From Candidatus Thorarchaeota archaeon (GTDB lineage Archaea; Asgardarchaeota; Thorarchaeia; Thorarchaeales; Thorarchaeaceae), in assembly GCA_046482545.1 (NCBI GenBank), contig JAWOEX010000030.1, forward strand, positions 1 through 28,363: a stretch of DNA of 28,363 nt, written 5' to 3'. How positions within the stretch are numbered: the stretch's first letter is position 1; each line of letters starts with the position of its first letter. The position numbers were made by a program, and so were the translations under genes. Positions 17,552 through 27,083 of this stretch are shown one piece after another. The notes beneath the pieces were generated by a model. The model had not been told where the DNA came from and ran no database searches. It worked only from the letters and a program-made list of their open reading frames with translations.

Positions 17552-18373
17552 ATGAATTTGGGATTTCAAAACAAACATATCATAGTAACTGGAGCTTCAG
17601 GAGGCATTGGGAAAGAGACAATCAAAGCTTTTCTTGCTGAAGATGCCACTGTAACAGCTACATACAACACCAACCGCCAACCGCTTGAACAGCTAGTTAA
17701 CAAGTATCAAGAAAGAATCAATGTTTTACAAGCCGATGTTACAGATGACACTTCCGTGAAGAATCTCTTTCAAAAAGCAGAATCTGAGAATGGACGTGTA
17801 GATATCTTAGTTGCGAATGCAGGTATTGCACATGGACCTGCTCCAGTCCACGAGATGTCACTTGAACAATGGCAAGAAACCATGGATGTCAACCTCACAG
17901 GTGTCTTCCTCTCTGCAAAACACTTCTTCAGAAACCTAAAGCGAAACCGGAAAGAATCTGCGTCCCTAATATTGATAGGATCAACGGCAGGTCTTTTTGG
18001 AGAAGCTAACTACGCAGATTATGCTTCTTCGAAAGCGGCACTACATGGATTGATGATGAGTCTGAAAAACGAGATTGTGCATCTCGCACCACAGGGCAGA
18101 GTTAACCTAGTGAATCCGGGCTGGACTATGACCCCCATGGCGGAATCCACTCTTCGAGACCCAGAGCTGATGAAGAGGATATTACAGACTATTCCCATGC
18201 AGAAGGTTGCGGTTCCGTCAGACATTGCACATGCTATACTCATACTAGCCTCAGATGTCACAGCAGGACACATCAGCGGAGAGACAGTGACTATCGCAGG
18301 GGGAATGGAGGGGCGAGTGCTCTTCGACCGTGAAAATGTGGATATCCATTCAAGCGGAAAGAAAGGTGACTAA
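17552..18373 (+). CDS. SDR family oxidoreductase
   Basis: TGASGGIG, ANAG, YASSK; likely start MNLG at 17552. Confidence 0.92.
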   Translation: MNLGFQNKHIIVTGASGGIGKETIKAFLAEDATVTATYNTNRQPLEQLVNKYQERINVLQADVTDDTSVKNLFQKAESENGRVDILVANAGIAHGPAPVHEMSLEQWQETMDVNLTGVFLSAKHFFRNLKRNRKESASLILIGSTAGLFGEANYADYASSKAALHGLMMSLKNEIVHLAPQGRVNLVNPGWTMTPMAESTLRDPELMKRILQTIPMQKVAVPSDIAHAILILASDVTAGHISGETVTIAGGMEGRVLFDRENVDIHSSGKKGD

Positions 18374-19311
18374 TCCCGTGAAGCAGTCAGAACCAGTATA
18401 CCAACCACAACCGTCGTGCCAACCGCAAGAATAAGGAATTGCTCTGTTCCTAGTACTCCCCCGTCTGGTGTTGGCGTGCTGGTAATGGGTGTGGTGCTAG
18501 TAATTGAAGTCGTAGACGATAGTTCTTCCAAGCCGAACGTGGGATCATAGAATAACTCATCTCCGCCAAAATTTGGAAAACAAAATAGAACGCCTTGACC
18601 ATCACCTTGATTCGGTAACTCGCCTAGTGATACATTAACACCAGCGGAATTCGAGTTGAATGTGACATTTGGGGGATATGTGAGAAATGCAGATTCGAAG
18701 CTAATCCGATTTTCTTGCTGGGTCGTGAGGGGTGTTGAAATGGAATCATTGCCGCGGTTACTCGATCCGACAATAGCTGCTAAACAGAGAGCATTTTCCG
18801 CACTGGTCCATTGCCATCCAGATATGCCGATATCGAACTTCACAACGGAGTTATTTGTTATGTCTATGTGATGTCTGAGGCTAATTCTAAGGGATGATTG
18901 AGCTGGAGAGAAACTACTACCATTCAGGTGAAATTGGAGTGATTGAATAGAACCATTCACCTCGTTATAGTTGAAGCCTTTGAAGACCCAATCCCCACCC
19001 TGCAATCCGACAGGAGGGGGCAGTATCTCATCAGAGGAATGGGAGTAAATGCCATCTCCATTAACATCTTGAAACTCGAAAAGCCTGATGAGCCTCAAAT
19101 GATACTCTGTACTATTGGTAATGCGATCAAAAAAGCGATAATGGGGACCTGTATCTTTGCCGAGCATGAGCCTGAAAGCGCCATTTTTGCACTCCAAACC
19201 CTCCGAATCGAGACTGTAGAAGATGCCATTCGCTCTAGAGGCTAGGGGGAAGAATCCCAGCATTACTATCAGAGAGATAGTCCCCAGGAGTACGGTCCGT
19301 GGTCGCCTCAT
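18370..19311 (-). CDS. Secreted, C-terminally membrane-anchored protein (paralog of 20360-21301)
   Basis: Signal peptide, DVNGDG, KFDIGISGWQW, YDPTFGL, Ser/Thr linker and C-terminal TM. Confidence 0.75.
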   Translation of the reverse strand: MRRPRTVLLGTISLIVMLGFFPLASRANGIFYSLDSEGLECKNGAFRLMLGKDTGPHYRFFDRITNSTEYHLRLIRLFEFQDVNGDGIYSHSSDEILPPPVGLQGGDWVFKGFNYNEVNGSIQSLQFHLNGSSFSPAQSSLRISLRHHIDITNNSVVKFDIGISGWQWTSAENALCLAAIVGSSNRGNDSISTPLTTQQENRISFESAFLTYPPNVTFNSNSAGVNVSLGELPNQGDGQGVLFCFPNFGGDELFYDPTFGLEELSSTTSITSTTPITSTPTPDGGVLGTEQFLILAVGTTVVVGILVLTASRD

Positions 19312-19391
19312 ACAACATATACCTTCATTAGCACGAATAAAGCTTGTTAGTAGCGCGGGAATTAGCAAACCATATTGAGAGGTGAGCTTGG

Positions 19392-20234
19392 TTGATGGAT
19401 GAGAAATTAATGGATCAGATGTTCAATGCACTATCGCACTCCATCAGACGACGAATAATCCTCATGGCGGGCAACCATCGAGAAGTGAGCTACACGGACT
19501 TAACGGAACTAGGTGTAGAACCAGGAACGCTCTACCATCATCTTGATATCCTCCTGAAAGCTGACGAACCCCTTCTGGAAAAGAGCGAGAATAAGCAGTA
19601 TTCCCTCACACAACTTGGGGAAGCAGCCTACAGGCTCATCCAACAGGGGGAGGGTCAACTTTTTTGGGCCAGCAACCAGAACGAGGGAGAATCTCCATCT
19701 CAGAAAGCTGTGAAATGGATAGCCCTCGATCCATTGATTGGTAGGATTCAAAACGATCCATACCGATTCGTTCTAGAAATGCTGATTCTCTTGGGCAGTT
19801 ATGGATATCTGGCCTCGGAAGTCGGTCTGCTTCCTTTTCTTCTGTTCTTTTTGGAAGGAGTATTCAACCCTGGAACCACAATATTGGCAGCTTTGATATC
19901 TTGGATACTGACGTATCTCGTTGTCGAAGGAATCTCAATTCCGGTACTGGGTGAGCGAGAGTATAATCCGTCATTGTTCCTTTCCGTCCCCCTTTCCTAC
20001 CTGCCTCATATGTTGGTTGAGCTGCTATGGTATTCAATGCCGGCAAGCCAGTCACTAACAGGATGGCCTCTTACCTTACTCCTTACGTTCGTTATTTCTT
20101 GGAGTACCCTCATTCTCACAGTATCGGTAGCCAGAGCAAAAGAAGTTCGTATCTCCCGAGCCGCAATCGTAACACTGGTTTCCACAAATGCCAATCTCAT
20201 TCTTCTCGCAATACTGGCCACAGCTTCTTTCTAG
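19392..20234 (+). CDS. ArsR-type winged-helix regulator fused to a multi-TM domain
   Basis: FNALSHSIRRRII..GTLYHHLDIL..YSLTQLG, then about five hydrophobic helices. Confidence 0.8.
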   Translation: MMDEKLMDQMFNALSHSIRRRIILMAGNHREVSYTDLTELGVEPGTLYHHLDILLKADEPLLEKSENKQYSLTQLGEAAYRLIQQGEGQLFWASNQNEGESPSQKAVKWIALDPLIGRIQNDPYRFVLEMLILLGSYGYLASEVGLLPFLLFFLEGVFNPGTTILAALISWILTYLVVEGISIPVLGEREYNPSLFLSVPLSYLPHMLVELLWYSMPASQSLTGWPLTLLLTFVISWSTLILTVSVARAKEVRISRAAIVTLVSTNANLILLAILATASF

Positions 20235-20359
20235 CCTGTGCCAATAGAATGCCCTTTCGGCGGAAATCGAAAGGATTTCGAGGAATCTCGAAACTAGGTT
20301 TACACAAATATCAAACTGAAATATTATATACTAATTTGATTAATCATTACACGTGACTA

Positions 20360-21301
20360 ATGATGAAGCACAAGAAAACAATCATGGCGCTTGCTCTGTT
20401 TGCGCTGGTGGCATCACTGCCGCTCGTGACAGCACAGGGCAACGGGATGCAATATCAGCATAGCCAAGGTATGGTTGAGCTGAGTACTGATGACATCAGT
20501 ATCAAAGTGACGGCTATGAATCAGGTGCCACACTTCCACTGGTGGAACAATACTGATTCAGGAGCAGACTATCATGTTATGTTCTTAAAGCTCTTTGAGG
20601 CTACGGACAACAATACCGATGGGGCATACGATCCAGAGAATGACAGTATTGTAGGTGCGCCCTTCGCACTACCTTCCAGTGGTTGGGACTTCAGCGGTTT
20701 TGAGACTGAAGAGGATGGGAGCGGAAACGTAACCGCAGTTCATTTCAACTTCACCAACACAGCAACCTTCTCCACTCCAGTTGACACTCCGGGTCCTGAC
20801 AGGCCTGATTTTGATACCACAATCCAAATCCGAGTTCATATGGACATGGATAATCCAGACCAGATGAAATTCGACCTCATTATCGATGGTTGGGAGTGGG
20901 CTGAAGAGGATTCCTTGCTTGTCTTCCAGTTCACAGTCTCTGAGAGCAATCGTGGTGAGGTAAATGGAACCCGGGAGCCTTCAGATTTTGCTCAGGAAGG
21001 TAACCAGTTTGAGTTTGGTGGAGCTTTCATGGAGTACGCTGAAGAAGCCTCTGCTGGTGAACACCAAGTTCAGGTACGAGGTACCCATGGTGAAGGGCCG
21101 GCTCAGCAAGAAGGCAAATCAGTCTATCTGGCTTTCGAGTACTTCGGTAACGAGACACTCGAATACGATCCAACAATTGGTGTTGCATCCATAGGTGATG
21201 GAGACACTGGATTAGGCATTGACTACACACAGTTGCTGCTCATAGCTGGCGGCATTACGATAGTCGTTCTCGTAATTGTGGCTTTCAAGCTGAGAGGATA
21301 A
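20360..21301 (+). CDS. Secreted, C-terminally membrane-anchored acidic protein (paralog of 18370-19311)
   Basis: Signal peptide, DNNTDG, KFDLIIDGWEW, YDPTIGV, C-terminal TM ending KLRG; several N-x-T sequons. Confidence 0.8.
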   Translation: MMKHKKTIMALALFALVASLPLVTAQGNGMQYQHSQGMVELSTDDISIKVTAMNQVPHFHWWNNTDSGADYHVMFLKLFEATDNNTDGAYDPENDSIVGAPFALPSSGWDFSGFETEEDGSGNVTAVHFNFTNTATFSTPVDTPGPDRPDFDTTIQIRVHMDMDNPDQMKFDLIIDGWEWAEEDSLLVFQFTVSESNRGEVNGTREPSDFAQEGNQFEFGGAFMEYAEEASAGEHQVQVRGTHGEGPAQQEGKSVYLAFEYFGNETLEYDPTIGVASIGDGDTGLGIDYTQLLLIAGGITIVVLVIVAFKLRG

Positions 21302-21327
21302 TATCCTCATATAGTTCAAAATACAAA

Positions 21328-21372
21328 GGTCCCGGAGTGAAACAATCGCTCCGGACCAAGTTCCTTTTTTTC
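21328..21372 (+). terminator. Hairpin + T-tract terminator
   Basis: GGTC-C-CGGAGTGA aacaa TCGCTCCG-GACC followed by TTCCTTTTTTTC, just after the 21301 stop. Confidence 0.65.
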
Positions 21373-21461
21373 TATGAATGTGATAGTTTGGCTTATAAGG
21401 ACGTGACCCAGTGAAACCAAAGATTATTAAATATAGTTAAGAATTATAAACTGTGATTAGG

Positions 21462-22244
21462 ATGCCTAAAGATATAATGGACATGTGTTTTGGAATCAAG
21501 GGTCACAATGCCATAGTTACAGGTGCCTCCTCCGGGCTAGGTGTTGATTTCACCGAAGCATTAGCACAAGCGGGGGCGAATGTAGTGATTGCCGCCAGAC
21601 GATACGAACGACTTGTCGAGAATGCAGAACAAATCATGGAAGACAACGATGTCAGAATCGTGCCGGTGGAAGCCGATGTGACAAAAGAAGACCAAGTTAT
21701 CAATATGGTCGATACTGCAGTTGAAGAGTTTGGTTCTCTGGAAATAATGGTTAACAACGCGGGAATATCAGCGATGGTTCCATCAGTAGATATGGCCCTC
21801 GAAGAGTGGAAAAAAGTCATAGATGTCAACCTTACAGGTGTATTCCTAACAGCCAGAACAGCAGCAAGGAAAATGATAGAACAAGAATACGGCAAGATGA
21901 TTAATATCGCATCAATATACGGTGCAGTAGGCGATAGGTTTCACGCAGCACCATACTACGCATCAAAGGCAGCAGTAATCAATCTTACGAGAGCTTTTGC
22001 AATCGAATGGGCACCACACAGCATTAACGTGAACGCCATAGCACCTGGATTCTTCCCCAGCGAGATGACAGAGGATATTCTTGATGATGAACAGGCGAGG
22101 CAGCTAATAAAGTCGAGGACAGCGCTTGGTAGGGTTGGTGATCCATTCGATCTTCAGGGTGCGCTCATCTACCTTGCATCACCCGCTTCAGACTACATGA
22201 CTGGTGAGACCTTATTCATAGACGGCGGATGGACTGCCCTATAA
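21462..22244 (+). CDS. SDR family oxidoreductase (gluconate 5-dehydrogenase-like)
   Basis: TGASSGLG, NNAG, YYASK, APGFFPSEMT, IDGGWTA. Confidence 0.92.
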   Translation: MPKDIMDMCFGIKGHNAIVTGASSGLGVDFTEALAQAGANVVIAARRYERLVENAEQIMEDNDVRIVPVEADVTKEDQVINMVDTAVEEFGSLEIMVNNAGISAMVPSVDMALEEWKKVIDVNLTGVFLTARTAARKMIEQEYGKMINIASIYGAVGDRFHAAPYYASKAAVINLTRAFAIEWAPHSINVNAIAPGFFPSEMTEDILDDEQARQLIKSRTALGRVGDPFDLQGALIYLASPASDYMTGETLFIDGGWTAL

Positions 22245-22315
22245 GTACAGGCGCGGCAGATTCAAGAGGCGGAAGCACAAGGAAGATTGGTCGGAACCAA
22301 CAGGATAGGTTTCGG

Positions 22316-23133
22316 CTATCCTATCCCGGAAGAAGGGTAGACGACTACACCCTTCTTGAACACTATAAGATTTCCTTCATTGAACTCATTCCAGTCATGA
22401 TTGCCTAGTTTGCGTGTGGAAATAAATGCTTCTTGCTTTTCTGATTGTTCTCTATTTTCGGGTCTAGCTGATTCCGGCTCGACTCCTCATAATGGTTATC
22501 CGCATCTCTCAGGTCATATCTATCTGAGACCGCTGATAATTGAAGAAGGTGTAAACCAGCATTGTGGTCGTTTTCGTCCGAATACCAGAAAAGAAAATTA
22601 CCATTGGAAAAGATGCAGTTCAGTGTGTTATCTACAATATTGTTTTTGCGCAACAGATTCTCAGTTCGGATGAATTTGTCTTCACCCCAACTGCTAATCT
22701 GTTGTTCTTGGGGGGTATTGAGGATATAACGGAATGTCTGTTCAGAGTCGGTCTCGCCACCTGGTTGGTAATACTTCATTGTAAGAGACAAGATATCCTG
22801 TGGAGTGTCATTATGGGCAAGAGCCTATTCTTCTGAATGATTGGTAAGGCACAGCTCTCTGTAGAAGGGGTGGGTATTGACGTATCTCCTGCCGTCTCGC
22901 GTTGAACGACGAACATGAGAAGTCAATGTGCTTGTTCAATGATGAGACTCAACGAAATCGAATAGCGATTTTCGTACTGAATGTATAGGTTCCTTTACTA
23001 CCTGAAGGTTGTTCTAACGGTAGCATACAACACCCCAGCCATCTGGATTACTTTCGCCATGGATTTGGAACAAATCCAGAGAGACTTTTATTTTGACTGG
23101 ATGACTAAAGGAGAATCCGAGTAAATCACACAA
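22316..23133 (-). pseudogene. Class II glutamine amidotransferase (YafJ/GATase_4-like) pseudogene
   Basis: Own translation from TTG at 23133: (M)CDLLG..NPDGWG..SHVRRST..NTHPFYRE..AHN..GETDSE..LNCIFSNG. In-frame stops at 23014-16, 22936-38 and 22825-27; the C-terminus (ISTRKL..DWNEF..LIVFKKG) lies in another frame. Confidence 0.85.
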
Positions 23134-23281
23134 TCTTATTCCTCTGCCGTTCCCTTATGCGGAGATCTACTATAAAGCAGTTGCCAGATAGAAGTAGGAT
23201 ATTGAGGGAGTACAGGGAGGTATAGCTGAATTCTAATACGCATCTTAATCCTTTAGGCCGTACAGCGGAGAAAACCAAGCT

Positions 23282-24142
23282 ATGCAGATATCAAGTGAAT
23301 GGATAACAGACCTCGTTCGCAACTTCATAGAGGAATCACCGGTCAATTCTCTCGGAAATGATACCGATGAAAAAGCGTGGGCCGAACCGCTGGTGGGTTT
23401 TTCAAATGGAGCTGATCCGTTGTATGAGTTCTACAAGGAAGACATAGGCAAGTTCATTCTCACACCACAAGAAGCATTCATTGATAGATTCCCGGAGGCT
23501 CGAATAGAGGCTTCCAATCTCACTGTTGTGACATGGATCCTTCCCCAGACTGAGGCTACAAAGACAACTCAAAGGAAGATGACGACCTTTCCATCTGAAC
23601 AGTGGATGCGAGCCAAGGTATTCGGTGAAGAAGTCAATAACAAGCTCAGGGAGTATGTAGTAGGCTCACTACAAGATGAAGGTCATCGGGCGGTTGCCCC
23701 GGTCCTCAGTTCAACATTTAGTGAGATGTTCTCTGAGAAGTATAATTATGCATCTACTTGGTCTGAACGTCACGCAGCGTATGCTGCAGGCTTAGGCACA
23801 TTCGGTTTGTGTGACGGCTTGATTACTCCTCGAGGGAAAGCAATGCGGTGTGGTTCGGTTGTTGTTGATATTGAAATCCCACCTTCTAACCGCCCGTATT
23901 CAAACCATAGAGCATACTGTTTGTATTTTGCTGATGAATCATGTACAGAATGTATCGACCAATGTCCTGTCCAGGCAATTTCTGAGGAGGGGCATGACAA
24001 GGACAAATGTGTGTGTCATTTGGAAAAGGCTAGGGTTCGCGCAATGGAGAGATATGGGTTCGGTTCTGATGCATGCGGCCTCTGTCAAGTGGACGTGCCT
24101 TGTGAATCAGGTATTCCATCAGGGAAACAAGACCAGATGTGA
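23282..24142 (+). CDS. Epoxyqueuosine reductase (QueG)-like 4Fe-4S protein
   Basis: WSERHAAYAAGLGTFGLCDGLIT..G.AMRCGSVV, CTECIDQCP, CGLCQVDVPC. Confidence 0.75.
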   Translation: MQISSEWITDLVRNFIEESPVNSLGNDTDEKAWAEPLVGFSNGADPLYEFYKEDIGKFILTPQEAFIDRFPEARIEASNLTVVTWILPQTEATKTTQRKMTTFPSEQWMRAKVFGEEVNNKLREYVVGSLQDEGHRAVAPVLSSTFSEMFSEKYNYASTWSERHAAYAAGLGTFGLCDGLITPRGKAMRCGSVVVDIEIPPSNRPYSNHRAYCLYFADESCTECIDQCPVQAISEEGHDKDKCVCHLEKARVRAMERYGFGSDACGLCQVDVPCESGIPSGKQDQM

Positions 24143-24264
24143 AATCAACTCGAGGGCCTACTTTGAAGCAGACATCCGGTCGGTCGCATACGAAGGTCAC
24201 AAGATGTAGAACCCTCTTGTTGGTGTTTATATCTTCCAGCAGAGACCAAGGGTAGGTTCCAATC

Positions 24265-24516
24265 ATGCAATATCTCAAAATGTTAAGCCCCCTGAGCAAA
24301 TTCGCTGAAATGCTTTGTACTTATTTCATCGAGATTTGGGACTTTCTGATTCTCATAGGGAGAATATCCGGAGCAATCGTGGTTCTTTCAGGGGCAATTC
24401 TGTGGTTCACTGAGGTTAACATTGGAAAGGGGCGGAGTCTTGTTATGAGTGGAGTAATTCTTTCAATCGTTGTCCAGTACTTCGTGATGTATCCACCAGA
24501 TTTCGTAGTTGGCTGA
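24265..24516 (+). CDS. Small 2-TM hypothetical membrane protein
   Basis: Two hydrophobic helices separated by EVNIGKGR. Confidence 0.6.
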   Translation: MQYLKMLSPLSKFAEMLCTYFIEIWDFLILIGRISGAIVVLSGAILWFTEVNIGKGRSLVMSGVILSIVVQYFVMYPPDFVVG

Positions 24517-24597
24517 CAAGGCATCTCTGGCAATTTTTTACCAAGAGAGACTCCTAAATGATACTGGCTAGGCAAACCTCAGAGTATAGCGAAAATT

Positions 24598-24649
24598 TGA
24601 AAAGTTTTCATCTAACTGAATTGACAAACATATGAAAAGTTTTATCTAA
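24598..24649 (+). promoter_or_regulatory. Tandem operator/promoter repeat upstream of the ArsR gene
   Basis: TGAAAAGTTTTCATCTAA (24598-24615) and TGAAAAGTTTTATCTAA (24633-24649); the first contains the palindrome TGAAAA-G-TTTTCA. Confidence 0.55.
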
Positions 24650-24671
24650 TAGTACTAACAGAATTCTGTTC

Positions 24672-24959
24672 ATGCCTTCAGCAAATGACACACTAGAACT
24701 TACCGGAGATGACATCATAGCAGTAGGCAGTGCCTTAGGTACTGCCTCCCGCCTCAGGATAATACGGCTCCTCCAAGAAGAAGGGCCAATGATGATAACG
24801 GAGATTGCAAAAAAGCTCAATATGACCGAAGCAAATTCGAGTGCTCAAGTCAAGATACTTGAAGAAGTCGGTATTATTAAAGCGGACTACGAAGCCGGAA
24901 AACATGGTCTAAAGAAGATTTGTTCGGTACAAAAGAACAAGATTATCTTCAAGCTGTAG
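24672..24959 (+). CDS. ArsR family winged-helix transcriptional regulator
   Basis: ALGTASRLRIIRLL..ITEIAKKLNMTEANSSAQVKILEEVGII..GKHGLKKIC. Confidence 0.88.
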   Translation: MPSANDTLELTGDDIIAVGSALGTASRLRIIRLLQEEGPMMITEIAKKLNMTEANSSAQVKILEEVGIIKADYEAGKHGLKKICSVQKNKIIFKL

Positions 24960-25040
24960 AGCCTTAGTTCTCGGTTTCGGATTTGTGAATTGATTCTCCT
25001 GAAAGACAAACGGGATTGTGTAGCAACAGCTCCTCACTAG

Positions 25041-25600
25041 CTCAAGAGTTCGATGAATCTCTCTTTGTGGAGAGTAAGGACTTCTACTTAGAATCACAGG
25101 ACTTCCTCACATCTTTCGGCCGCGTGCTTCGCGCTTCTGTGCTAGCCCAATTGCCTGGTCCTACTGATATCCAGTACGGTTGTCTGTCTACTAAACTCCT
25201 TTTTGGTCACGAAAAGGGCTCGATGAAATCTTACACTCTACTGTGCTGATTTATTTAGGATTCTGTAGGATTTACAAAGATCTTGAGAGTCCGCTGCTGT
25301 TCACCTCGTCTGTAATGGGCCTCCTCAGTGGCGGTGACAATGTTGAGGTGGGTGATCATGACCATGCCGTGGCAAGAACTGTCGAAGACTTCACTGTCAC
25401 CGGAGTAATGTGCCTGAACAACGACAGGAGACAGAAGCCAGGACCGCGGGAGGGACACCGTTCTGATGAACGTGGACAAAGCCCCTGCTAACCCGAGGTC
25501 CTAGAGGTACCGTGGGGGCAGTGACGCTGGCAGCGGAAGGGTGGAACAGAGAAATTTTAGGCAGTTGGGTTCACACAACTGTACGAAACAGGTTAGCAAG
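25041..25600. mobile_element. Copy 3 of the structured element, with its 5' domain inverted
   Basis: 25281-25600 (+) matches 16886-17198. 25048-25156 (-) matches 16778-16885. The inverted block 25048-25280 is bounded by CTCAAGA(25041-47)/TCTTGAG(25281-87). Confidence 0.85.
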
Positions 25601-25730
25601 AGGAGCCTAACGGTTCTACAGCAAGTTGAATCTTGCACAATCCGAAGTGCATGAGGATATTGAAATGCAATGTTTCCCAATGCTTCTTCTCGTTCTTACA
25701 CAAGGAACCGGGTAAGTCAGTGGCGGCATG

Positions 25731-26837
25731 TCACTCCGCCAGTTTCCTTAAATCCAAGTCTCCCACACGGGCACGTATCCTTTTTCCAATCTTTTCAATG
25801 TCTTTCCGAAGATTATCAATTTGCTGACTTCGTTCCTCTATCTCTTCCTTCTTTTTTTGATCCGTTTCCATGTACTCTTCATATGCCTTGGACCACTCTT
25901 CTCTTGTCTCACTAATCTGGCGTTTCAAGTGTTCATACATCATCTTCTTAGCATGTACTTTGTTCCTGAGTTTGAGAAGCTTAGTCTCATATTGTGAAAC
26001 GACATCTGATAGTTTATCCTCGGCATTTTTGAGCTCTTTGCGTAGCTCGAGCAGCTCAGCCATCTCTTTTCCAATCTGATCCTCTTTCAGCAGTTTGGAG
26101 TCTTTCACCAAAGACGTTATCGGATCCAAGTGGGGTATCTCAGAGGCGGTATCATTCTCAACAGATGGGACCATTGCGTGGTTTGTACTCGATTCAGCGC
26201 TTTGTTCAACGGTCGCGGATTCTCTTGAAACTGACTCCTTTGCTTCAGCAACATTGACTTTCTGTTTAGATTCATCGGAGAGTTTTCGGGTTCTCTCAAT
26301 TATAAGCTCAATCAGTTTCAGGAAGGCCTCATCAATATTCTCTCCTGTCAAAGCAGAAGTCTCGATGAATGCAGCTTTAACATTCAGTTTCTTACTGAAT
26401 TTCTGTGTGAATGCCTGACCTTCTTCGGGTGACACAGTCTCTCTTTCCGGACGGCTTCCTCGCAAGTCAATTTTATTGGCTGCAACTATGAGGGGTGGTA
26501 GTTCTTCCATGAATCCGTGAGCTTCGACGAGCCACTTTGAGGCATTATCGAAGGTTTTCCTGTCTACCACAGAATAAACAACAATAAGGCCGCTACAGCC
26601 TTGATAGTACCGCTTCCGGAGGCTCTTGAAAAGGGGTTGCCCTGCTATGTCCCAAATGACAAGTTGGGTCTTGATTCCGTCGTAGGTCAGAGTTGTATGT
26701 GCGAAATCAACCCCTAGGGTGGGAAGATAACTTGCTTTAAAACCCCTACCCAAATATTCTCTTCTTATCGATGTTTTGCCTACGTAACCATCTCCAATCA
26801 GGCACACTTTGAATTGCCTGCGGATGCCTTCCGTCAT
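25731..26837 (-). CDS. Rab-like small GTPase with a C-terminal coiled-coil extension
   Basis: GDGYVGKT, YLPTLGVDF, WDIAGQ, NKID, ETSA; linker then ~110 aa of heptad-rich E/K/L sequence. Likely start MTEG at 26837. Confidence 0.9.
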   Translation of the reverse strand: MTEGIRRQFKVCLIGDGYVGKTSIRREYLGRGFKASYLPTLGVDFAHTTLTYDGIKTQLVIWDIAGQPLFKSLRKRYYQGCSGLIVVYSVVDRKTFDNASKWLVEAHGFMEELPPLIVAANKIDLRGSRPERETVSPEEGQAFTQKFSKKLNVKAAFIETSALTGENIDEAFLKLIELIIERTRKLSDESKQKVNVAEAKESVSRESATVEQSAESSTNHAMVPSVENDTASEIPHLDPITSLVKDSKLLKEDQIGKEMAELLELRKELKNAEDKLSDVVSQYETKLLKLRNKVHAKKMMYEHLKRQISETREEWSKAYEEYMETDQKKKEEIEERSQQIDNLRKDIEKIGKRIRARVGDLDLRKLAE

Positions 26838-27083
26838 ACAGTAAATTCTCCTTCCCAAGAGTGGCGCATTGAGTATTTGCTCCAAAGGCATATAGTACTA
26901 TTGTGCGTGTGACCATTCAATTTGACGAACTTAGATACTTGGTGGCTTGTAGAAGTGATGGGAATATTCCAAAAATAGAAACCGTAGCCAAAACAAAGTT
27001 CTATATGGCATCATTAGAGTCATATTGAACTGTGTTCTAATACGATTGTTTCCCCCACAGAAGAGGTCGTCACACTGCAGCCA

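Noticed and set aside
22825-23016. Pyl/Sec read-through of TAG/TGA codons in the amidotransferase
   Set aside because: Mixed stop types, one TAG at a position where Trp is expected, plus a frameshift, indicate pseudogenisation.
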